NCBI GenBank assembly: GCA_951406725.2
Contig: OX597823.1
Location: 620,001-684,000, forward strand
Reading direction: 5' to 3'
Length of the DNA: 64,000 nt
DNA from: Octopus vulgaris
Lineage: Eukaryota
Shown here: piece by piece, positions 48,998 through 62,020 of the stretch
Position numbering within the stretch: the stretch's first letter is position 1
Layout of the letters: each line of letters begins with the position of its first letter
Notes under the pieces: generated by a model
Seen by the model: the letters and a program-made list of their open reading frames with translations, nothing else
What the model was told of the DNA's origin: nothing
Databases searched by the model: none
Position numbers and translations under genes: made by a program

Positions 48998-49952
48998 AAG
49001 AGAACCTTCCGTTTCGCGACCGTTGCCAGCACCGCCCCATTTCGTGTCCGTTGCCAGCCTCGCCTGGCCCTTGTGCCGGTGGCACATAAAAAGCACCATC
49101 CGTTCGTGGCCGTTTGCCAGCTCTGTCTGGCACCTGTGCGGGTGGCACGTAAAAAGCACCCACTACACTCACGGAGTGGTTGGCATTAGGAAGGGCATCC
49201 AGCCGTAGAAACACTGCCAGATTTGACTGGGCCTGATGAAGCCTTCTGGCTTCACAGACCCCAGTAGAACCGTCCAACCCATGCTAGCATGGAAAACGGA
49301 CGCTAAACGACGATGATGATGATGATGATTACACCTCTAACGAAAGAAAAATTCATTAACTTCAACAAGAGCTTATAGTCATGACAGACAAGAAACAAAC
49401 ATTCCAATGAAGAAATCGTAGTAGATGAAAGCACACAGACAACTCCACACATGTTTCTATCTGATTAGGCCTCCTCAGCCCTTTTACAGATATTTTTCAA
49501 GATTGTAAATGAAAGAGAATAAAGATTTTGAATGAAAAAACATTCACTGATTAGTCAACTGAAAATTATGATGGGAAAAAATGCTTAAGAATATGTTCAG
49601 AGAATTTAGTCTGCTAAATCACCGAATAACAACAACAACAGTTATAATTTATTGTTAGGTTGGTGTTTAGTTCTAGATTTAGTGGTGCTAAGAGGATAAT
49701 GAACCTTCCTTTGGGCAGAAATATTCCTGTATCACAGATATTATTCTTGTATGTGATGCCAATTCCTCACAATTCAATCAACCAAACACAAAGTGAAACA
49801 GAATGATTAAAGGAAATTAAATGATTCATTTAAGATGTTTAGTCATAAATATCAGAAGTTTATCAAAGCTGGAACAGAGTCCAACCCAAAGACATTGATG
49901 TGTCTACAGCAGAAAGTTCTAAACATTAAATGGAAGAATCTGCCTGGAGCAC

Positions 49953-50016
<64 letters not shown>

Positions 50017-50079
50017 CTTGAAGACTGTTTCTGTATTTATTGAAGCTTAGTAGTTTCCCTATTTTCTCATTTAACTAAA

Positions 50080-50115
<36 letters not shown>

Positions 50116-50301
50116 TATAAACACTCATCAGAATAATATTTAATATTATTTAAGTGGTAGGAGATAGAAATAATTCAGAATGAATGAGAACATCATTACA
50201 GAAAGGAAGGGAAAAAAACCCTAACATGACAAACATTTCATATTTTGTCCAGCAAGGAATTCTGGTGTTTTTCAATCCTACAAATGCAAAATAACAATTC
50301 T

Positions 50302-50384
<83 letters not shown>

Positions 50385-51643
50385 TGTGTGTGTGTGTGTG
50401 TATTTTAGTAAAACTGAGCTTAGCATGTACTTGTACATTGAAATTACAATTTCAAAAATAAATTTATTTGTCCCTGACAAGCTGAAAAGATACCTTGAAG
50501 CATTGAAGCAGCCGTGAATAGAAGCCATCTTCTCTCTCTCTACAAAACTGGAGCCAAGCAGCAACTGTGATGATGGCAGAGTAAAACCAGGTCTTTGTTT
50601 GAGAGTTTGGCAGAGGAACCAGAAGTAAAGAGATATGCCAATAGCATTACAAGTGCTGCAGTGACAAACTGGAATCTATCCTTGGCTCTAACACAACACT
50701 CTCTTACAGAGATGGTAGCACCTTAATAATCAAGCTGAATTCGTTTTTGTTTCTTTTTACTTCTTTTCTTTTTCCTTTTTTGCTTGTTTTGATGTTTATT
50801 TTTACAACTGCTAGCAACTCCGTTTGCTCTGGTGTAATCCTAAATATATTTATGTAGGGCAAGCACTGTAATATAGTCTGGATCTCAAGGGATAAACTGT
50901 TTCAATGAAATAAATATTTTGTTAATGCTTACTTTGTGCGAATGCCATGGAGTGGGTGGTAGCCATGGAAATTGACACAAGTTGTGAATTTAGTCTTGGA
51001 GAAATTTCAACGCTGCAACATCTAACACACACACACACACACTTGAAATAAAAGATTAAAAAATGAAAAAATAAAATAAATAAAAAACAAAGCAACAAAA
51101 CCATGAAATCTGCTCAAAGGTCAGATAAGCAGTTTGTAGCAGGGAGTGAACAATCTACAATACATATGGCTAATAAGCTGGCATCTTAATACTTAAAACC
51201 CACACGCTCAAATATGAGGAAGCATTCCTTTATTATATTCACAACAAACTAAACATCTACAATAGAACTGTTTCTTTTATCGCAAACCTCTGGGTCCAGC
51301 AGATAATATCACGAGAAAGAGGAGTTCAAAGCAGAAGGCATAATTTGAAAAGAAAACCTGATGGCCATTTATTGGAAGGTTTCATGACTTACATACAAGG
51401 TTTACTCATTAAATTCTGTGTCACAGATTGGAACAAAAGACTCGGACATTTAAGAAAATGACAACTTTAATTTGAGAGAGAGACAGCATAGAAAGAAGCT
51501 CCCACATGGTCGTGTGTTGTTAAGATTAGAACAGAAGGGTGGCATTGAGGAACTTGTTCAAAAAAGATTTGGTTAGTATATTAACAAGTATTTATAAACA
51601 AATAGAATCAAGCAATGGTGGGGAAACAAACACAGACATACAA

Positions 51644-51674
<31 letters not shown>

Positions 51675-52529
51675 CTAAACAATTCTAGATCATCCATGTC
51701 TGAAATTATTTTTTACAGCCATCTTACCTTTTCCTCCTCCACCCCAGCCTTACACTTTAGACTCAGGGTTACCAACATAATCACTATTGACCCTCTCCCC
51801 TATAATCTATGTGGTGTCAATAACCACCTGGAGCAATTTGGAGCCTTAAGGGTGCTTAATTATTAGCAAACTGAACTTTGAAGAGTGTAATTTAAGGTTA
51901 AAATGCACAAATTTCCAACGAAATACTGATGCAAGAACATTCACCCAGCGTCCCACATTCAATATTCAGACTTTATGCCACTGCCATCATTGCTGCTGTC
52001 GCTGTCATTGTCATCAATGGCTTAAATTTTAGAGAATATAAAGAAAGAGATCAAGTTTATAAGAGACAAAGTCTGGGTAAATTCTGGTTCAATAGATTTG
52101 GGCAGTGATTTGTTTGGTCCATCATATTAACCCAAATAGGAACACAAGGATTAATACAAATCTGATGTGCCATTATGCTTCTATGTTGTCACACAACCTG
52201 CTAGAAATAGCAGCCAAATCTCTCTCAAATCACACCTTGAGAGTGTAAAATAGAAATGATATAGTGTAGTCACAGATATACAAAACATGGGATGGGCACA
52301 CCTGGATTGTCTTTGATCAGATGTCTGTTAAATCAGAGTAGATCTGGGTCTAACAATGAGCGGATATGAGGGATGAAGGTATAAATCAACATCAGTCAGA
52401 TTAACCATTCCATATCAACTTTCTAACAAAACAATAAACTGCTTTAGTATTACAATTAATACAACAAACATTCAGAAGAGGGAATTGAGTAAGAGGATCC
52501 CCACTGATGGAATAACCAAGTTCACATTA

Positions 52530-52760
52530 CTCTGCAGAGAGCATGAAAGCTGGTTTCCTGGTTTCTCTGACACATATATTCCTGTCTGGATGAGACAGCA
52601 GGTCCGTCTCCGGATTACTCACAGCTGACTGAACCGGAACAGCATGAAATAAAGGCTTTTGCTCACGCACACACACACACCACACACCATCTGATCCAGG
52701 AACTGAATTCATGATTGCTGGACTGTGAGGGCAACACACTAACCACGAGGTCATCTGTCT
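52530..52760 (-). mobile_element. tRNA-derived SINE (family C-related), degenerate
   Basis: Reverse complement GACCTCGTGGTTAGTGTG...GAATTCAGTTCC...GTGAGCAAAAGCCTTTATTTCATG...GGACCTGCTGTCTCATCCAG. Confidence 0.55.
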
Positions 52761-53074
52761 TCAGTCTTTATTTATTTATATCATATCCACATTTCCATGC
52801 TTGGATGGAATTTTTTGAGGGAGAATCTTGACAGCCAGATGTCCTTCTGGCAGCTAATGTTTGCCAGTTTCCATGCAAGGTGATATTTTCCCATGACCAG
52901 ACATGCTTTCCACAGAAGATTCAAAATGAAGGACTCTGTTGTATGAGAATTAAATTTATTTACAATTGCCATATGATGTGAATACAAGGAGACACAAACA
53001 TAAACACACATCTATCTGTCTGTCTGTCTGTCTATCTATCTACAGAGAGCAATGGATAAATTATTGCCCTTTTA

Positions 53075-53842
53075 TCGGCGAACCAGATGGCTGAACCAGG
53101 CTCCAATCTTGATCTGGCAGAGTTTCTACAGCTTGATGCCCTTCCTAACGTCAACCACTCCAAGAGTGTAGTGGGTGCTTTTTACGTGCCACTGGCACAG
53201 GTGCCAGTAAAGCAACACTGGTAACGATCACACTCGAATGGTGCCTTTTATGTGCCACTGGCACTGAAGCTGGTTAGCCGCTCTGTCAACGATCACACTC
53301 GTATGGTGCTCTTTGCACCCAGCTAGCATGGATATCAGTCATCGAATTTGATTTTAATTTCACTTGCCTAAACAGGTCTTCGCAAGCAGAGTTTAGTGAC
53401 CAAAGAAGGAAAAGGTACACATAAGTGGGCTTGTTACACCCTTGGCATAGGCCACGGGTTATGGTCTCACTTGGCTTGCCGGGTCTTCTCACACACAGCA
53501 TACTTCCAAAGGTCTCGGTCACTAATCATTTCCTTGGTGAGGACTAATGTTCAAAGGTCGTGCTTCACCACTTCATCCCAGGTCATCCTGGTTCTACCTC
53601 TTCCACAGGTTCCCTCAACCACTAGGGTGTGGCACTTTTTCCCACAGCTATCCTGATCCATTCTCACCCCATGACCATACCAGCGCAGTCGTCTCTCTTG
53701 CACACCACATCTGATGCTCCTTAGGTCCAACGTTTCTCTCAAGGTACTTACACTCTGTCGAGTATGCACACTGACATTACACATCCATCGGAGCATACTG
53801 GCTTCATTCCTTGCGAGCTTACGCATGTCTTCAGCAGTCACG
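53075..53842 (-). mobile_element. RTE LINE 3' fragment, second subfamily
   Basis: ORF 53551..53841 (TAEDMRKLARNEASMLRWMCNV...TWDEVVKHDL); 3' UTR like 32140-32660; the extreme 3' tail is missing. Confidence 0.93.
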
Positions 53843-53864
53843 TATATATATAAATAAATAATTC

Positions 53865-54302
53865 ATCGTTATTATTTAATGACCATTTTTTCCATTCTTA
53901 CACAAGGAGCCAGATGGAACTCATATTGGGGCAATTTTTCTACAGGTGGACGCCCTTCCAGTCACCAACCTTTACAAGTTTCCAAGCCAGTATTTCCCCC
54001 ACAGCCTGCTATGTTTCACAAGAACCTTGGAAAGGAACAACATCACTTGTATGATGCTAAAGCTCACTTGCAGTCATTGCATGATATCAAAATAAGGGTG
54101 CACATAAACACATACAAACATACACATACACACACACACATATATACACAGATGACAGGCTTCATTCAGTTCCCATCCACCAAATCCACTCCTAAAGCTT
54201 TGATTGGCCTGGAGCAGTATTAAAAGACACTTGCCCAAGGTGCCATGCAGTGGGATTGGACATGGAACCATGTGGTTGAGAAGGAAGCTTCCCAGCCACA
54301 CA
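53865..54302 (-). mobile_element. SINE family A head with RTE-like tail (type 2)
   Basis: Head at 54150-54302 (CAAATCCACTCCTAAAGCTTTG...CACTTGCCCAAGGTGCCATGCAGTGGGA...) contiguous via (CA)n with the tail TTTTCTACAGGTGGACGCCCTTCCAGTCACCAACC. Confidence 0.75.
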
Positions 54303-54337
54303 TCTATATCTATAAAGCAGAGTTTGTGTGTGTGTGA

Positions 54338-55152
54338 GTTCCTTATGCATTCGGAAACTTAGTTGTCAATTTTCACATATGGTGCATCAGAAGACTCAAT
54401 AATCTTTTGCTTACCAAATACATTTTATTATCATTTACATATTTGTATTATAAAAATTTAACATTATAATCTTTCTAGAAGTCAACTATTGTAAACAACA
54501 TTTTATACGACATCACATTTTCTATATGAGAGTGTGTGTCAGTCAGTGTTTGTTATGTACTTTAGGCCAAGGATTGGGAAGTATATGTGTGGCTGTATGT
54601 GAGGGTGTACGTGCGTGTGAATATGCATACATTTTTGTGACGAATAACACACACACACACACATTCACATACATATCTAAAAAGAGAGACATACACACAG
54701 AATGACAGAGAGGTGTGCATGGATGTATGTCCCTCTGTGTTTGTTTTAGTATTTGTATGTGAGTGAAGTGAGTGTTGTGTGTGTGTGTGCGTGTGTGCAT
54801 ATGTTCCTTATGCATTTGAGAACTTAGTTGTGGATTTTGACATATGGGGTATCAAAAGATTCAGTAATCTTTCAGCTACCAAATAAACTTTATTTTTATT
54901 TACATTACAAAAATTTAACACTATAATCTTTCTATAAGTCAACTATTGTAAGCAACATTTTATACCACCACCACCACTACCACTACCACCACCGCGTCAC
55001 ATTTTCTACGAATGTGTGCGTGTGTGTGTGTGTGTCTGTCAGTGTATGTGTGTTTGCTCGTTTGTTACATACTTTAGGCTGATGACTGAGAAGTGTACAT
55101 GTTTCACAGTATGTGAGGGTGTATGTATGCATGAATATATGTACATTATTGT

Positions 55153-55193
<41 letters not shown>

Positions 55194-55300
55194 CTAAAGA
55201 GAAAGAGACATACACACAGAGGGACAGAGATATGCCTGAGGTGTGTGTGAATGTGTCTGTCTTAATATATATGAGTGTATGTGTGTGCAATTGCATGTGT
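54338..55300 (+). repeat. ~465-bp diverged tandem duplication inside the Helitron 5' region
   Basis: GTTCCTTATGCATT...AACTTAGTTGT...GTCAACTATTGTAA...ACTTTAGGC...GAGACATACACACAG starts at 54338 and again at 54803. Confidence 0.85.
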
Positions 55301-55354
55301 GATAATCTTTATAAGTTAGAGTTTACATGAAATTACATGTGATTAAATGACACT

Positions 55355-55998
55355 TTCTCTTGGGGATCTTATGGATAAAGTATTTTCTAATTTATCTGCC
55401 AATTACACTGATGTAAACTGGTTAAATGAAAGAGTTGGCTCCAACTAATGAAAAGTTAACATGTACATCAGAAATGACTTTTCAATCAATTGACAATAGT
55501 TGATCAAGATCATGTTATTCAATATCCTGTTGAATTTCTGAACACACATAAACCCACTGGGATCCCATCGCATAATTTGACACGAAATCTGGATGCTCCC
55601 ATTACATTGTTCAGGAATCTTGACCCACCTCGCCTGTGTAATGGAACTCAATTGTTACTTCCATGAAGCCCACATGTCCTACAGCAACAATCATAACAGG
55701 TAGTTACAATAGAGAAAACGTCTTTATTCCAAAATTTCCTCTCACACCTACAGATGTTCCATTTCAATTTAAGAGGTTTCAGATTCCAGTCAAACTAAGT
55801 TTTGGTATTTCAATTAACAAATCTCAGGGGTCAATCCCTCACGGTAGTTGCACTTAATCTCTCTACTACATGCTTCTCCCATGGCCAATTCTATGTTGGT
55901 TGCTCACGAGTTGGAAGCAGCAACAATTTATTCATTTGGACATAAACCAAAAAAATTACACAAAGAATATTGCTTACCCTGAGGTGCTTCAAGACTGA
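55355..55998 (+). pseudogene. Helitron RepHel Pif1-family helicase C-terminal relic
   Basis: QYPVEFLNTHKPTGIPSHNL...APITLFRNLDPPRLCNGTQL / ATIITGSYNRENVFIPKFPLTPTDVPFQFKRFQIPVKLSFGISINKSQG / CFSHGQFYVGCSRVG...TKNIAYPEVLQD*, with frameshifts. Confidence 0.92.
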
Positions 55999-58421
55999 CA
56001 GATTTTCAGTTCTGAATTCTATTATCATCACAATTTAGATATTTAAAAAATGAAATATAGATATTTTGAAACAATTAGGAGCAAAAAAAAATATCTTTAT
56101 ATTTATTGTTTACTAATTTGAATAATACCAGCAGTAACCCAGGCAACGCCGGATCATTCAGCTAGAAGCTAATATTTATAGAATATATTTATGATATATT
56201 TATAGAATATAATATTTATATAGAATAATGTATATTTTCATAATCTAATATCCTGATCTTTATTTACTGAAGTAAGAATCTGGTCTTTGAGAAAAATTCC
56301 TCAACATAATGTTATAAAGGAATTTTTTGTCTTCAAAACTGTTCCAAATAAAAGTGGTTATAGGTATAATTAAAATTCTTTAATATCTCACTTTTACTAG
56401 TTTTAGCCTTGGAAGATGAATACAGAACCATTTTGTGTTGGTTGATAGTTAACCACATGTTTTAGGAGAGGCCAAATGTAATTTACCAGGTTAAACTGAA
56501 GGTTTTTAAGATTTATGTCTGTAATGCCCCAGATTAGGAGAATGTAGGGGTGGAATACAAAACCTCAATGCCAATATTTGCCCACATTTGAAAAGGCAAG
56601 TTATATTCTTCATTTAAACTCAAATTCAAAAGTTAATTTCCATGCAGCATGGAAATTAAAAATAGCCACTTGGCCTCCATCACATCCTTCCGTCTTAAAT
56701 AGAAAGGACACATAATGTAGTTCTAAATGACATTAAAAAACGACTGGATGACTATGGCTGGAATGTCTTTGATCAAAGGCCTGCTTGCTTGGCCTGGATG
56801 ACACAATAATTACTATCTTTACTCTCGGTTAGAACATCTCAAGTGTAAAATCTTCAGCCTTTCCAGAGTGACTCACTTACAATAGATTATGTCATCCTTA
56901 TACACTGTGCCTGGGAAAAAGAAAAGTCAACAGGATGCTCAAGGCTGGAACATCTTTGATCGTATGTCCAGCCTTCAGGTATTTCTAACTCACTTATCAT
57001 TCCACTTCTCTCACTGACCATACTGTCTCCATTCCAGCTTGGGTCCCATACTAACCCTTACATTCAGTCCTTCCTTCAAGAATTCCTAACCTACACATGT
57101 TTTTGCAACTATTCAAGAGAAGTTTTAACCATCCGACCCATGCCAGTATGGAAGGAGGATATTAAGTGAAGATGACGATGATGATGATGATGATCTCACC
57201 AGTCTCAAAGAGTCTGTGAAATCTATGGGCCCAGCCCTTTCATCCAGATGAATTTAATAGTTATAAAAAGAAGGGCTAACTTGGACTTCACTAATGACAC
57301 ACATACATACTATTGTCCAGTTTCTGGTCAAACAAGGTACAACCATTTCAGCTAATGAGAGGTATGTATGAATAAGGAGGAAGTAGAAGAGAGAGAGAGA
57401 GAGAGGAGGGATGTTGTTTGTGAATCTATACACATAACGACTTTATACATATGTATGTATATGATAATTAGAAGAGGTCAGTTCTTCCAGAGAATAGAAA
57501 AGCAATCAGGTGATAATTCGAATAAAAAGCAAGAGAACAAAACAGTTTTATTCATGTTATTGTTCATCCTGTAGCTGCGGTTGATGTTATTGTTGCTGTT
57601 ATTGTAGTAGAGGTTCATGTTGAATTGTGGTTCACATGTTGTTGTTGTTGTAGTGTTTCATGGTGGAGGATGAGTAGGAGGGGAGGGGGTTGCTCTGACA
57701 ATGAATAATTCAAAGCCATGGCAATCAACATATTGTCTTGCTTTTGCTCCATAACCCCTCCCCTCATACATCCCACACGATCCCCTCCCCCCACCCCAAT
57801 CAGTGAAAGAGGGTGGACTTAATTGGTTGCACCACCCGACCATAAACATTTGGTTGGCGGCACACATTTTTGCTTTCAAGTAGATTTCACTAGACACACA
57901 CATACACACACACACGTATAGATCTGCCTATACATACAGATACTTATATAAATGTGAAGGTGTGTGTGTGTGTGTATTTATATACACACAATAAAATCAT
58001 ATCACTAATCACGATTTCACTTCACAAAAATATTGAACCCTACACACACACACACACATTTACACACACACATATATATATAGAGAGAGAGAGAGAAAGA
58101 GAGAGAGAGGGAGGGAGGGGGAGATAGAGAGAGAGAGAGAGTCATGAATAAGGTGGTGGTGGATTGGAAGAACAAGTGAGGCATTTAACAAAAGTGCTTC
58201 ACAGCATTTCTTCCAGTTCTTTACATTCTGAGTTTGTAGCAGGAATATTCCACAATTCTTTAATTTTATCCAATGTCACAAATCGCAAGAATATTCACTC
58301 AGGTGATCGATCTGACTGATCATGACTTTGCTAAGAACAATTCCATCCGTTCATGTCTTTCTCTCTGGGCCTATCCAACATTATAAATTCAGCACACAGG
58401 AAGTGTTGACACACCACAAGA

Positions 58422-58572
58422 CAGTGGCCCCCAACCTGTGGTCCGCAGACCCCTGGTAGTACTGGGAGTCCAGGAACATGTTAAAATGACAGACCTTTCA
58501 GTATCCTGCGGTCTGTGGGAAAGCTCATTTACATAAAAGGGGTCCTTGGTAGTGAAAAGGTTGGGACACAAC
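58422..58572. mobile_element. hAT (Charlie/MER5-like) MITE, degenerate
   Basis: CAGTGGCCCCCAACCTGTGGTCCGCAGACCCCTGG...GGGGTCCTTGGTAGTGAAAAGGTTGGGAC; TSD not recovered. Confidence 0.65.
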
Positions 58573-59074
58573 CAACAGAGAAGGCAGACAGCAGCTGATA
58601 CTTGTACTGCTGCTACAATTACACCCACAACAAAAACATTCAAACTCTCTCTCAACATTTTGCTGTTTGCAGCAAAGACAATATTTTTCTTTGTGTATGG
58701 AAAGAATAAATATTTCATTTTTCATAAGTCTCAACCAATATCAGTGTTTTACTTCATACAAGTTCAAATCCCACCAAGGTTAGCTTTCTTCAATGAAGTA
58801 AATTACCAATCAACACGTCAATTTAATCATCCACCCCCACCTGACACTGTAGGCCTTGTGCCTCATTTCGAAACATTATTATTATTATTATTGTTGTTAT
58901 GTTTTTAGTTTTGCTTTTATTTGAGTTGCACCCAATTCTCAACCAGAGACATCAAGGGACAAGGTTTTGGATCTAAAGATGCTGAAAGGCGAGGTGCCAT
59001 GCAACTGAAAACACTGACGTCTGTAGGAGATTAAAAAAAAAAACACAGAGTAAGAATGCATTTACATGGAGAGG

Positions 59075-60530
59075 AACTTACATAGAATATGTGAGGTGGC
59101 CATAAGTATGATTTTGGTTTATTTTTGTAATTTGCTTGTTTTTGGGGGCTCCTTTTCGTATTATTCCAAGTGCACCAATAACAATGGGTAATGGGTGCCA
59201 CATTCTTCCAATTTCAGTCTCTAAGTCCTTATCTTTGCTCAATTTTTCAAATATTCCCAGAGATGTGTTTTTGTCAATTGGCGCTGCAACATCAAACAAA
59301 AGACGAGACTTTACAACATGATTCTTCACAATAATTTCCTGATTCGTTTGTCTGAGTTTCTCCAAACAATCTGAACACGGAAATTCCAAAGGATGATAAC
59401 TTCAGCATTCTGCACAACTTGTGCTGGTTTGTGTCCCCACCAATTCTCTTTGTTATGGAGGTTGTATGAGTAGCATGTTGACCAATAACTATGCACTGAA
59501 CTGTCCTACCATGTCTGTGTTGATACTGGTCAGCTGCATTCAGAGATTATGAGGTCAATTGTCTCTGAATGCTCTCTACATGTGCAACATGTTGGGCTAC
59601 TTTCATGTCTCAGAACATTACTCTGGTAATTCCTAGTTGGAAGGAACTGATCCTGAGCAGCAGAGATATACCCCTCAGTTTCTGGTTTGAGACCAGAGCA
59701 TCTCAGCTACTGAGGGGTAAGGGTTTGGGCTGCATCTGGGTCCCTGGTTCTAATTGGGTATTTGCCATGCAGTGGTTTTTGCTCCAGTTTTTCTTTAGTC
59801 TATCACAGACCGGTTTGTTAGGCTATATTTTTTTGTTTTGCCATTTCAGCTGAGGACACAATTTCTTCATGTATTGGGTTTGTCAAGCTGTATTTCTTGA
59901 AGGTATAGTTTGTGGTTGTCATCACTGAGTCCAACATTTTGGTAACTCCATGTTTCAGAACTGGCTTTAACATTCAGTTGTTTGTCACAGATAGGCAGAA
60001 AGTCCCATGGTTGCAATTTTCAATGGCTGCCTTCTCTTCTCAGGAGGTTTATTCAATCTACGCCTGTTTCAGGGTGATGCATAGGCTTTCATATCATCAT
60101 CAGTTTTCCTATTTTGATATGAGAGAGGAAAAAGTTTTAAGCAATGAAGTTGTGTGTGATTACAGGAATGGCCTCAGTTTTGTTTCTGGCATTCGGCTAC
60201 ATTTTCAGAATGGTTCTCACTGTTTGGTAGCACACCTTCCTTATCTTTTCTCTCATTAGTGAGTGCTTAATTTCATCCCTTTCCCATATTTCTAGGTACT
60301 TCTAGCTGTCCTAAAGTTCCAATTCTTTTATTTCCATGTCTCCCTAGAGGGAGACACCAAAAGAGTTTGAAAGCTTTCCCTTGGTAAATGTAGCCTTGGT
60401 GTATTTGCCCAAATTCCATTTTGATGTCACTAAATTGTTTGTGTGTGTGTAGGATTGAATACAGTTGGCAATCATTTCGAGAGAAAACAGTTTCAAGTCA
60501 TCCACATAGAAATAATGATTGTTTTTCCAT
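59075..60530 (-). mobile_element. R4/Dong-clade LINE, old 3' portion (RT to REL endonuclease)
   Basis: NHYFYVDDLKLF (RT active site), DIKMEFG, and LLFDVAAPIDKN...EKLSKDKDLETEIGRMW..PIVIGALGII; many frameshifts. Confidence 0.75.
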
Positions 60531-60609
60531 ACACTCTGCATCCAGAATTTGCTTCATTCGAGAGACTGCTTTTGGGAAACAGTGTATAACAAAGGAGAGA
60601 ATAAGTCTC

Positions 60610-60712
60610 TGTGTTCTGAGTTCAAATTCCGCTGAGGGTGACTTTGCCTTTCATCCTTTCTGGGTTGATAAATTAAGTACCAGTTGTGTACTGGGGTTGA
60701 TGCAATCGACTA
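60610..60712 (+). mobile_element. Family B SINE, 5' part (split by the CR1 insertion; resumes at 62021-62070)
   Basis: GTTCTGAGTTCAAATTCCGCTGAGGGTGACTTTGCCTTTCATCCTTTCTGGGTTGATAAATTAAGTACCAG...GCAATCGACTA, then CTAGTCCCCTACCCCCAAATTGCTGGCCTTGTGCC at 62021. Confidence 0.85.
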
Positions 60713-62020
60713 TTCAATTTTTTTTTTCAATTAAATTTTTATTGGCTCAAAAAGCAAAAGCAAGGCCATGTAGGGGGACATGGAGTTATGTACAGGGAGG
60801 GTGGTCATACAAAGAGTTCAGGCCATTTCTGGTCAAGAGAGACTTTGAACCGAGCGGTCGTCGGCATCTTCACTATCTTGTCCAGCAGCTTATTCCACGG
60901 ATCCACAACCCAGATGGAGAAAGCCCCTCTTTTTTGATTGAGATGAAATCATCATAGATAGAGCTTTTCGGAGTGACCCCGCAGCCCATGCTCTGGAGCA
61001 GGAGTGAAGAACAGCTCTTTTGAGAGGTTACACTTTCCGCTTATGATGTTGTGAGCAAGAATGAGATCACCACGTTGGCGTCGTTTTTTTGAGAGAATAA
61101 AGGTTGAGCGTCTTCAGCCTTTCTTCATAAGACATATGACTGAGACCAAGAACCATGCGGATAGCCAGCTTCTGGACTCTTTCGAGATGCTGTATGTCTT
61201 AGAGGAGATAAGGAGAAGAGGCTTGAAGCCCGTACTCCAATATGGGTCTCACCAGCGTGACATAGAGCGGTAGGAATATGGCTGCTGTGAACATTCCGAA
61301 TGACCGTCGAATCAAAAACAGAACTCCGCGTGCTTTGTTGGCAGCATGGACGCATTGGGCTGAAGGCAAGAAGGAAGAATCCACCAAGATACTCAGGTCC
61401 TTTACCTGGTCGGTCTTCTCCAGCAGCAGATGACCCGGCTCGAAATCAAGTTGAGTTGCAGAAGAGGAGCCAACAGGCAGATGACAGCACTTTGACACGT
61501 TCAGACACAGGTCCCATTCGTTTGACCATCTCCAAACTTGGTGGAGGCATCGATGAAGATCATCTATATCACTGCGAGGAGCGACCAGTTTGACATCGTC
61601 GGCAAATAGTAGGGTGTGTTGTGTGAGGTCATTGGGCAAGTCATTGATGAAGACTAAGAACAATAAGGGCCCAAGCACTGAACCTTGAGGCACGCCACTG
61701 CTCGCACTGGAGACGTTGGACCGCGAACCATTAACTTGGACTTGGAAGGAGCGATCCGAGAGGAAGGCACCAACCCATCATACAATATCCGGATGGAAAC
61801 TATATGCTTGAAGGTTGACAAGTAATAGGCGGTGGTTTACCGAGTCAAAAGCTTTGGCAAAGTCCAATAAAACGATGTCAACAGCATCACCATCATCGAG
61901 GATACGCGTCACCAATTCTTCCACAACCAGTAAGTTGGTCAAGCATGATCTCTTCGGCACGAAGCCGTGTTGGGAATCAGAGATAGAGGCTGTGTTTTGG
62001 AGGTGGAGCAACATACTTGT
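60713..62020 (-). mobile_element. CR1-type (CR1/L2 group) LINE, 5'-truncated, RT to 3' end
   Basis: SQHGFVPKRSCLTNLL, LDFAKAFDSVNH, GVPQGSVLGPLLFLVFINDL, LFADDVKL, LYVTLVRPILEY; two same-frame ORFs separated by a stop at 61778. The 3' end has AATAAA and a TTGAA/A-rich tail. Confidence 0.92.

Larger units (their letters stand above)
45922..49327 (+). mobile_element. RTE-clade LINE, ~3.4 kb, 5'-truncated within the endonuclease, young
   Basis: AP endonuclease (ISAYAPQ, GDFNGHVG, SQIDYIL, QHRLV), RT (KAPGPSG, NYRGIKLL, QFGFVPGKSTTD, FVDMEKAFD, GVHQGSVLSPLLF, YADD at 47786-47797), 3' UTR and (GAT)n tail; candidate TSD ATTACA at 45916-45921 and 49328-49333. Confidence 0.97.
54303..56165 (+). mobile_element. 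Non-autonomous Helitron retaining the helicase C-terminus
   Basis: 5' A|TCTATATCTATAAAGCAGAGTTTGTGTGTG; 3' hairpin remnant CCCAGGCAACGCCGG (56138-56152) followed by CTAG at 56162-56165; internal Pif1-helicase relic. Confidence 0.85.

Noticed and set aside
60421-60957. 178-aa plus-strand ORF
   Set aside because: It spans antisense Dong, a SINE and the antisense CR1 tail, so it is a chance chimeric frame.
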